Shown here piece by piece: positions 1-7,183 of a stretch of 32,000 bases of DNA (positions are counted from its first letter, which is position 1; every line of letters starts with the position of its first letter). Origin of the DNA: Breznakia blatticola (lineage in GTDB: Bacteria > Bacillota_I > Bacilli_A > Erysipelotrichales > Erysipelotrichaceae). Made by a program: the position numbers and the translations under genes. The notes under the pieces were generated by a model. That model saw nothing but the letters and a program-made list of their open reading frames with translations, had not been told where the DNA came from and made no database searches. Location: assembly GCF_004365815.1 (NCBI RefSeq), contig NZ_SODD01000006.1:1-32000 (forward strand), read 5' to 3'.

Positions 1-174
1 AATCTGCATCTTCTCAAACTGGTTATTTTGTTCTTGCTGCGCTAATAACTTCCGGTATTTATAATACTGACTTGGTGGTATATCATACATCTCCAAATAT
101 TCACTTTTTCTCATACCACTAGCTTCACAATCATTTATAATCTTTTGCCATTTCTTCATTGTTGTTTCTTTCAA
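1..174 (-). CDS. IS66-family accessory protein TnpA-like, N-terminal 58 codons (partial; runs off the window)
   Basis: My own translation: LKETTMKKWQKIINDCEASGMRKSEYLEMYDIPPSQYYKYRKLLAQQEQNNQFEKMQI. The W..I...C..SG......Y.......YY.[WY]RK pattern is typical of IS66 orf1/TnpA helix-turn-helix proteins. A GGAGG lies 9 nt upstream of a TTG at 174; an ATG at 159 is the alternative start. Confidence 0.6.
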   Translation of the reverse strand, partial: MKETTMKKWQKIINDCEASGMRKSEYLEMYDIPPSQYYKYRKLLAQQEQNNQFEKMQI

Positions 175-252
175 AATAAGGTACCTCCTTTTATAGAGAT
201 ACCCTATCATTTGTATGCTATTTTGAAAATCCGTGTATTATTTTACGCTTAC
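1..252 (-). mobile_element. Terminus of an IS66-family insertion sequence; the element continues beyond the window start
   Basis: Read on the minus strand from 252, the sequence begins GTAAGCGTAAAA. This matches the GTAAGCG start typical of IS66-family terminal inverted repeats. About 65 nt further in lie a GGAGG ribosome-binding site and a TnpA-like ORF. Confidence 0.55.
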
Positions 253-261
253 AACAAAAAC

Positions 262-349
262 GAGTATTATTAGCAACATGGGGTATTAGATTAGCTATTC
301 AAAAGGAGTATTATCAGCAACATGGGGTTTTAGATTAGCTATTCAAAAA
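262..349. repeat. Tandem direct repeat, 2 x 44 bp (262-305 and 306-349), 41/44 identical
   Basis: Copy 1 is gagtattattagcaacatggggtattagattagctattcaaaag. Copy 2 is gagtattatcagcaacatggggttttagattagctattcaaaaa. Confidence 0.95.
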
Positions 350-471
350 CAAGGGGATATTTTGTCCTATAGATAAACACCAGCAATATAGAAGTTCGGG
401 GTATATTGATTCTCAATATATCGCTAGCAAATAATAATTATATTTTCGCTAGTATCCTCATTTATTACCTA

Positions 472-1221
472 TTAGTATGGACTTTGATATGAACTACTTG
501 TACTATTATTGTCTGATTTACTTAAATTACACATTTTACAAGACAGTTGAATATTACATACATCATCTAATCCTCCATTACTTATAGCGACAATATGATC
601 AAAATGTCTTTCATCATCCTCTAACATTGTATATAAACCTGTTAAATCTTTTTTACAAAACACACAACATCCGTTATCTCTAAATATTACCGCTCGCTTT
701 ACCCATTTCGGAATATAACCCCTTTTTCTAACTTTTAAGTCAAATGAAGAAGCCATTTGCTCATTAAACCTTAACAAGAAATCTCTATTTTGAAATAAAA
801 TGTATTCCATTTCTATTGCAACGCTATAAATTATAGTCTCATAAAGATTTGCTTGTATCTTATCAATATAGTCAATATAAACATCGTATTTATCATAATA
901 ATCAATAGTATTCTCGAATATTTTCTCATCGATTACTAATTCAATATTTTTATACTTACTAATAGCTTGATTAAGCCAAAAAATAGGGTCAAAGTATGCA
1001 TTATCATTTTTTTCATCCATATATCTAACGTGTTCATCAAAGACGCTATCAACAAGCCAAAAACAGTATTCTCTTAAAATAGATACTTTAGGAAACTCAT
1101 CCACGATATGCAAAGGCTCAAAAAACTCAGCGTTTTTAGATAAATACTCAAATTTCCCCATAGACTCATTTGCTAACTGACAAAAATAATAAACATTAAA
1201 ATACTTCATATCTATTTGCAT
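472..1221 (-). CDS. HNH endonuclease domain protein with an unassigned N-terminal region of about 180 aa
   Basis: The C-terminus CCVFCKKD...HFDHIVAISNGGLDDVCNIQLSCKMCNLSK carries CxxC, HxDH, N and CxxCN, the classic HNH/zinc-finger core. GAGGAG lies 10 nt upstream of the ATG. Confidence 0.85.
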   Translation of the reverse strand: MQIDMKYFNVYYFCQLANESMGKFEYLSKNAEFFEPLHIVDEFPKVSILREYCFWLVDSVFDEHVRYMDEKNDNAYFDPIFWLNQAISKYKNIELVIDEKIFENTIDYYDKYDVYIDYIDKIQANLYETIIYSVAIEMEYILFQNRDFLLRFNEQMASSFDLKVRKRGYIPKWVKRAVIFRDNGCCVFCKKDLTGLYTMLEDDERHFDHIVAISNGGLDDVCNIQLSCKMCNLSKSDNNSTSSSYQSPY

Positions 1222-1331
1222 TATCTAAACACTCCTCACTAATACTGGTTCAGTTTTTGTTTTATATCATAGTTTTGTGTATCACATAGAGATTCCTATC
1301 ATTTTACACAGAAAAAGACTTTATTAATCAT

Positions 1332-2576
1332 CTATCTATCATAGAAATATTTCTCATTTAAATCATCAATTTGCGAGAAAATCTCCATTAGTACATTGAC
1401 TGCAATACTATTTCCAGCCAGTCTATATAATCGCTCTAAACTAAATAGACTGTATTTTGAAGACATATTAAAGTTATTATTCAATAGACTATTATAGTCA
1501 TCTTCTGAAAACCCCATTAGTAAAAAACATTCCCTTGGAGTCAAGTACCTGAAGTCAGATTTACCTTGACGATGTGGCATTGCAATCACACCTGAGTTTG
1601 GATGGCGATCTTGTTTTGTAGTAACTGTTGCAAGTATTTCATTCACTACATTTCCTTCATTATCAAGAATATGATGATTATCTCTATATATTCTTGCTCG
1701 AGACTTTGTATTATTTGGTTGAACGGATAATGCTTCGTTTAAATAGATCTCGTTAGCCATATTTAATCGCAAATAATTCTCTAGGTTTAATTCTACATTA
1801 GCATGAAAATTTGTTAAATCATTTTGTGAAAAATAATCATTTAATACTTGATCGAATCCCTGTGGTTGATCATTTATTCGAATACTCAACATATATGCTC
1901 TAACTCTTTTTTGCGGTAATCCGAAATTTTGAGCATTTAGCACCATCACTTTATTATAGTACCCATACTCTTCAAGTGTAACTAACCATTCATCAAAATT
2001 CGGCTTATTTCTTTTTCCTAGTATATTACTTACATTTTCCATTAATAAAAACCGAGGTTTTTCTTTATGAATAGTTTCCATTTCACTAAGTAATCTGTCA
2101 ATTTGCCATAACATGTTAGACCGATTTTCACTTAATCTATCAATCCCACCCTTATTTCCGTGCCAAAAACCAGCCACAGATAAATCTTGGCATGGAAATG
2201 AGTACGAAAGGCAATTACAATCATTTGGAATGTCAGTTGCACGCATTTCCATAATGCTGCCAACATTATTAGATCTTTCCTTTGCGCCTAAAATTCGACG
2301 TAGTACATCTGGTTTTTTATAAATCGAACTATTACTTTTAATCGGAACCTTTCCATTCATACTTAGTGAATAACGTTTAAACTCATTCATTACTTCTTCA
2401 TCAGTCATATTATTAAACTTAGAAAACTCCAAAGGACCATGATGAATTATATCATATGCTACCATTGCAGTAACATCCCAATCACATGTAACAAGAACTT
2501 CATGCTCAATTCCAGCATTTCGCAATGCCTTTCTTTGAGCACCTATTCCACTGAATGTCTCTGCTAACCTTATCAC
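1332..2576 (-). CDS. DNA (cytosine-5)-methyltransferase (Dcm-type)
   Basis: Motifs seen: I FSGIGA; IV SFPCQDLSVAG; VI LLMENVSNIL; VIII QKRVRAYML; IX RYLTPRECFLLMGF; X GNSIAVNVL. GTG start with GGGAGGA 5 nt upstream, 1 nt after the upstream stop codon. Confidence 0.95.
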   Translation of the reverse strand: MIRLAETFSGIGAQRKALRNAGIEHEVLVTCDWDVTAMVAYDIIHHGPLEFSKFNNMTDEEVMNEFKRYSLSMNGKVPIKSNSSIYKKPDVLRRILGAKERSNNVGSIMEMRATDIPNDCNCLSYSFPCQDLSVAGFWHGNKGGIDRLSENRSNMLWQIDRLLSEMETIHKEKPRFLLMENVSNILGKRNKPNFDEWLVTLEEYGYYNKVMVLNAQNFGLPQKRVRAYMLSIRINDQPQGFDQVLNDYFSQNDLTNFHANVELNLENYLRLNMANEIYLNEALSVQPNNTKSRARIYRDNHHILDNEGNVVNEILATVTTKQDRHPNSGVIAMPHRQGKSDFRYLTPRECFLLMGFSEDDYNSLLNNNFNMSSKYSLFSLERLYRLAGNSIAVNVLMEIFSQIDDLNEKYFYDR

Positions 2577-2577
2577 G

Positions 2578-3498
2578 TTATTCCTCCCACTTTGTTTTAA
2601 TCTGTCTACAATTCAATCCATTAAGATCAATTTGATACTGGATATTAGAAATGCTTTTTGGATATACATCATCTTTAAATGAATGTTTCGTAATTCTTGG
2701 AAACTTATCATCAATTGTATATTCCATTATGCTTAATAATCTAAATTTAATATTTCTTTCTGGCATATGCTTAGGGTATCCTAAATTGCCTAATTTTTCC
2801 TCTAGCTCTACTTTATGTTTTTCTGTAAATGTATTGCTTGCCAAAACATCATTGATAGAGATACCATTCATATCCACTTTTTCAAACCTGCAGAATAGTA
2901 ACTTTAAAGTTTTTTTTGAATCAAGTTGATACTCACTTGATATTGTAACAGCGCTACCATACCTAGCAACTGTCGACTTTACCTCATATCTACCTTTGTT
3001 TGTTTCAATATCGTTAACTCCATAGGTTTCAGCGAACCAGGTAGTATTCGGATTTCGTTCATAAATATTTTCATAACAAATCAACTCACCTAGTACATCA
3101 TAAATTCGCTTCGTTTTTATCGAATCTCCCAGTAGCTGTCTCCAAGATTCCCACCAAGCATACGGATTCGCAAAAGAACCATTTTTTAAATATTTGATGC
3201 CATTTAGTATAAACTCAGCACAAATAGACGAAAACTGTTCTCTTAAACCTTCTTCCTGTGTAACTAAAAGCAACCAACTTCCATCTCTGTTATTTATAAT
3301 TCTCTTTTTACTGCAAAGACTGACAGAGTTAAATTTTTCATCAATTTCAACTTCATAAAAGTTTTCAACCGCTATTCCATATTCTTTATTCGTACGAATT
3401 GTCCAAATTTCTAAGTCGCTATCCGCGTGAATACGCAAAGCTTGGTTATGATAAAGGTTTGCAAAATTTTTCTTCAAATCAAAACTGATATCATTCAT
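2578..3498 (-). CDS. PD-(D/E)XK motif protein (restriction-endonuclease fold, putative)
   Basis: YGVNDIETNKGRYEVKST gives D163-x8-E172-V-K174 (DNA about 2977-3012). The start overlaps the upstream stop as ATGA. The gene sits next to Z1, GHKL and Dcm genes, as do the annotated 'PD-(D/E)XK motif protein' families. Confidence 0.65.
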   Translation of the reverse strand: MNDISFDLKKNFANLYHNQALRIHADSDLEIWTIRTNKEYGIAVENFYEVEIDEKFNSVSLCSKKRIINNRDGSWLLLVTQEEGLREQFSSICAEFILNGIKYLKNGSFANPYAWWESWRQLLGDSIKTKRIYDVLGELICYENIYERNPNTTWFAETYGVNDIETNKGRYEVKSTVARYGSAVTISSEYQLDSKKTLKLLFCRFEKVDMNGISINDVLASNTFTEKHKVELEEKLGNLGYPKHMPERNIKFRLLSIMEYTIDDKFPRITKHSFKDDVYPKSISNIQYQIDLNGLNCRQIKTKWEE

Positions 3499-4163
3499 TG
3501 TTTTTCTCCATCTATAAAATAATTAAATAGGTAATCTACATATCCTACGAGACCGCCACTAAAAAAACATGGTTCTACCGTTTGAATCATTGCTGTATTT
3601 AAAATTAATACTTTTCTAAAGATATTTGTCGTTCTTTTCTTATAACTTGAATCCAGCAAAGAATATTTTAACATAATTTGACGATATAACGATATTAAAT
3701 ATCCTTTTCCACTACGCTCAACTAATTGCATTATTTCATCCGTCGAATTCCCTTCAACTACCTTAGTCGTTTCTTCAACACTACCTGCCCAACTTAAATG
3801 AATATACCACCAAAGTGTTTTCAACCATATTCTTCTCGATAGTTTATATAATCGGTCTTCATGCAAACCATTCCAACGGCTAGCAACTTGTTGAGGAAAA
3901 ACTTTTACCGATAAATATCTCCATACATCATCATTTGAAGCATCTCGTAAAGTAAAGTTTGCATCACGAAGATAAGAATACAGTGAGAGTCCAAATAAAT
4001 AATCAATTTTATATTTATTTTTCGTTGAAATTGCAATGTCTTTGTATATTTTTGCTAATCCATCATACAATTCTTGATATTCAGCATCAAAATCCGGTTC
4101 CAATTTATCAGTTGTAGATATAATTTCTTCACATTGACTTTTAGTTAATTCTTTCCAAACCAT
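3495..4163 (-). CDS. Hypothetical protein, 222 aa, no recognisable catalytic motif
   Basis: Long ORF inside a translationally coupled operon. GGGAGA ribosome-binding site. The start lies 4 nt after the upstream stop, and the stop overlaps the next start. Confidence 0.7.
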   Translation of the reverse strand: MVWKELTKSQCEEIISTTDKLEPDFDAEYQELYDGLAKIYKDIAISTKNKYKIDYLFGLSLYSYLRDANFTLRDASNDDVWRYLSVKVFPQQVASRWNGLHEDRLYKLSRRIWLKTLWWYIHLSWAGSVEETTKVVEGNSTDEIMQLVERSGKGYLISLYRQIMLKYSLLDSSYKKRTTNIFRKVLILNTAMIQTVEPCFFSGGLVGYVDYLFNYFIDGEKQ

Positions 4164-4167
4164 ATGA

Positions 4168-5103
4168 TTATCTCCCTATTTTCTCATTAAGTGTGTTTCG
4201 AATCGAATAAGATAATTTGTTTAAACTAGATACATCCCATTCAAAAGTAGTTAAAAAATAATGTATAGCTGCTGCAATAGAACCTTCTTGATAGTTTCCA
4301 CTTAAGATATTTTCCCAATCATTTTGATCACTTTTAATCTCATCAACTATAATCACTAATGCACTTGATATTATTTCGATTAATAGAGGAGATTTTTTAA
4401 TACTTAAACCTTCATTAATTATTTGAAATTGTGGGTGTGCACTATTCAAACATATTTGTAAATACTCCGAGGTGAAAGTTTCATTACATATATCTCCAAA
4501 TTCCATAAGGACACGCCATAAAGGAGCATTTGGTCTTGATTCAACTGTGATTGGAAACATTGATCCTCTTCCATCAAATATTAATTTAAATGGTAAAAAT
4601 TGTCCAAAAATTGTACCAGGAGTATTACAATAGAATTCATCTAAAAAATTCGGTTTCATACTTTCTAAATATATACTAAAATTAAAATCTACGACTCCAC
4701 GAAATTCACTTGCGTTTATTTTTTTTCGATAGTTGACCAATACCTTCTTATCCATTGGGTGTATTTCGTGAATTTTACATGATCCACGTTGTGATGAACT
4801 TACGGAATACCAATGTAAAGCGATTCCAAGCACTCCAAATGCATTTGTTACTCCTTCTTCACCAAACAAATGTCTTACATCAGTTATTTCCAACTCAACT
4901 TCAATTATTAATTCATTCTTTTGGGGACTGTAACCTGTCAAAGTAGAGACAATCTGATAGCTCATATTCTCTCTTTCAATATCGTCTATTTCAATTTCAC
5001 CTTCTTCATTTAGAAAAAAGAATTTTACATTATTTAGTGTAATTCCCATTAAGTCAAATAGATTTTCATCTATGGTGGGATACATGACAAATGAATTACT
5101 CAT
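4168..5103 (-). CDS. Hypothetical protein, 311 aa, no recognisable motif
   Basis: Long ORF. The ATG overlaps the stop of the GHKL gene by 8 nt. AAGAGG ribosome-binding site. Confidence 0.7.
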   Translation of the reverse strand: MSNSFVMYPTIDENLFDLMGITLNNVKFFFLNEEGEIEIDDIERENMSYQIVSTLTGYSPQKNELIIEVELEITDVRHLFGEEGVTNAFGVLGIALHWYSVSSSQRGSCKIHEIHPMDKKVLVNYRKKINASEFRGVVDFNFSIYLESMKPNFLDEFYCNTPGTIFGQFLPFKLIFDGRGSMFPITVESRPNAPLWRVLMEFGDICNETFTSEYLQICLNSAHPQFQIINEGLSIKKSPLLIEIISSALVIIVDEIKSDQNDWENILSGNYQEGSIAAAIHYFLTTFEWDVSSLNKLSYSIRNTLNEKIGR

Positions 5104-7183
5104 CTATTACCTCTTTTCCAATTACTTTTATTAGACCTTTAAAATCTCTAGAAATCGAACCAATACAAAGTTCGGCTCGAATCTTTCTGTTTTTTAAAGC
5201 GTTTCCTGAAAGCCGAATACAAAGGTAATTTTTTGTTGGTAAGTTATCCAAATTGCGGCCTCGCAATAACTTGCAAGTTATCCCCTCATATTGAGCATAA
5301 GGATTTTTATCGTCAATATATAACCCAATGCACTTGCCCTCTATTTTTTTGCCCATAATTGAATCAACATTAAAACTATATATAAAAAACGGAAATTCTT
5401 CATTGAATTCTTCCATCCAGTTTCTAAACGTAAAACTTCCAGTTTCTCTTTCAACACTTATAGTAATATCTATTTGATTATTATTTTTTCCGGTAAATAT
5501 CTCAACATCATTCTTTAAACCACGATTTGTAAGTTTTGAACTAGTTACCTTACAATTTGCATTCTTACCGGTAGCACTAAATGACTCACTTGACGCTCCA
5601 TTGCTTGATTTTATTAATGTACTACTTCTTCCAAACCCTGTTGAGGGCAATAATATCGCTGCAACCTGGCGACCTATCGCCTCGTCAATTTCAATTGTAT
5701 TAGATGCTGTATCTTCTTTATATTCATTAACTACAAACTTAGATACATGAGATTTAATCTTTCTTATTATTTTGTATTCCGGCTTGTCATCCCATCTAGA
5801 ATGATCACCTAACTCAATTGATCTAATGTATTGTTCCAAGTTATCATAATTTTCTCTACCATCCATTTGAAGCAGTTTATTTTCAGAATTAAGTTTAAAT
5901 ATTCCTATTAAATACTCATCTTCCTCAGTTTTTGGAATACCTCTTGTCCAATCGCTCTCAAATTCATAGTTAATAATTAAACAGGGTTTTCGAGTAAATG
6001 TAATTATAGGAAGGTTACCTTCAGTAGGAATGTCTAAACTGCAATAACTATATGGTGAAAAGTAGTTATGTGGTGGAGTCATCTTAAGTTCATATTTATT
6101 TACTTTAATAAACATTATTTTTCCTGCAAGTCTATTTGAACTAGAAGCAAACTCATTTGTTAGTATTACATCTTTGATTATCATTGGATTATGAAAACTA
6201 AGAAAGTAGCCCTCATTTTCATTATATAGTTCCTTTATAATTTTAAATAATGGCAAAATATCATTTTCGCTTAACACATTTCTATTTATAGACACTCTTA
6301 AAAATGGTCCATATTGATAATTGATATTATTGACACGCGGACCATACCACCTTTGAATTGCAACACGAAAATATGCACCCAAAGAATTTGTCCATGGATA
6401 TCTTGTATCATTATCACTATAAATCTGGTGAGCGTTATTAAGTAGATCTTCATCATTGACATAAGGAATTAATATAATTGTTCCAGTCTCTTCACCAAAG
6501 TATGGTGTTATATTAAAACAATGAAGAATTTCATTTATTTCTTCATCATCAGTGATCGGGCATGTTTCACCGGTATCTTTATACCTCTTGCCCCACCATG
6601 TTATACCAGCATAATTTTTGTACTTGTCTTTAGGAATAAATGTATCTTCCTTTTCATTCTCAACTAATGTGACAGCAAGTCGCTGTTGATATTGTCCATT
6701 GCTTAGCTTCACACGAGAATAATATAGCACCATTCCGATACCTACTCTAAAATACACTGTTTTCCCTAGCCCCCAAGAACCTCCTGCACCTTCTTGCTCT
6801 TGAGGCTTCATTATATGATAAATAAGTTTAAGCAAATTTCCTGCCTTATTACTCTCTGTAACTTCATCATCGCTCAAAGGACCTGTAAGTCCAACAGTAT
6901 TTTTATCAGAAAATGCTAAAAAACGATATCTATCCAATGGATATTTCAATGAAAAACTGTTATTTAGCTCATCCAAGTGTATTAGAAATTCTTTTGAATT
7001 AAAATCACCTGCTAAGACACCAAAATCAACATACTTTTTTGATAAATCCGATGCGTCCAAACTATTTTGAACAACCTCTCTAGTCAACAAGTCTAAAGTC
7101 GGAAGTTTATTATTTTGAATTGCACGAAACAATGAACTTCCTGTTTGTTGCATTCTACCATTTCTTAATACATCAATCTTCAT
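5096..7183 (-). CDS. GHKL-superfamily (HATPase_c / MORC-like) ATPase
   Basis: Bergerat-fold motifs: N-box EVVQNSLDAS; G1 DKNTVGLTG; G2 GAGGSWGLGKTVYF. I prefer the ATG at 7183 (AGGAA 7 nt upstream) over the track's TTG at 7207. Either start overlaps the Z1 gene stop at 7173. Confidence 0.8.
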   Translation of the reverse strand: MKIDVLRNGRMQQTGSSLFRAIQNNKLPTLDLLTREVVQNSLDASDLSKKYVDFGVLAGDFNSKEFLIHLDELNNSFSLKYPLDRYRFLAFSDKNTVGLTGPLSDDEVTESNKAGNLLKLIYHIMKPQEQEGAGGSWGLGKTVYFRVGIGMVLYYSRVKLSNGQYQQRLAVTLVENEKEDTFIPKDKYKNYAGITWWGKRYKDTGETCPITDDEEINEILHCFNITPYFGEETGTIILIPYVNDEDLLNNAHQIYSDNDTRYPWTNSLGAYFRVAIQRWYGPRVNNINYQYGPFLRVSINRNVLSENDILPLFKIIKELYNENEGYFLSFHNPMIIKDVILTNEFASSSNRLAGKIMFIKVNKYELKMTPPHNYFSPYSYCSLDIPTEGNLPIITFTRKPCLIINYEFESDWTRGIPKTEEDEYLIGIFKLNSENKLLQMDGRENYDNLEQYIRSIELGDHSRWDDKPEYKIIRKIKSHVSKFVVNEYKEDTASNTIEIDEAIGRQVAAILLPSTGFGRSSTLIKSSNGASSESFSATGKNANCKVTSSKLTNRGLKNDVEIFTGKNNNQIDITISVERETGSFTFRNWMEEFNEEFPFFIYSFNVDSIMGKKIEGKCIGLYIDDKNPYAQYEGITCKLLRGRNLDNLPTKNYLCIRLSGNALKNRKIRAELCIGSISRDFKGLIKVIGKEVIDE

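Noticed and set aside
262-349. CRISPR array.
   Set aside because: There are only two directly abutting 44-bp units, with no spacers between them and no cas genes in the window.
3861-3878. HEPN-like Rx4H string (RWNGLH, aa 96-101) in the 222-aa unknown protein.
   Set aside because: A six-residue pattern is far too weak. The residue after R is W rather than the usual polar N, D or H, and I cannot judge the fold from sequence alone. It is worth checking only through structure prediction.
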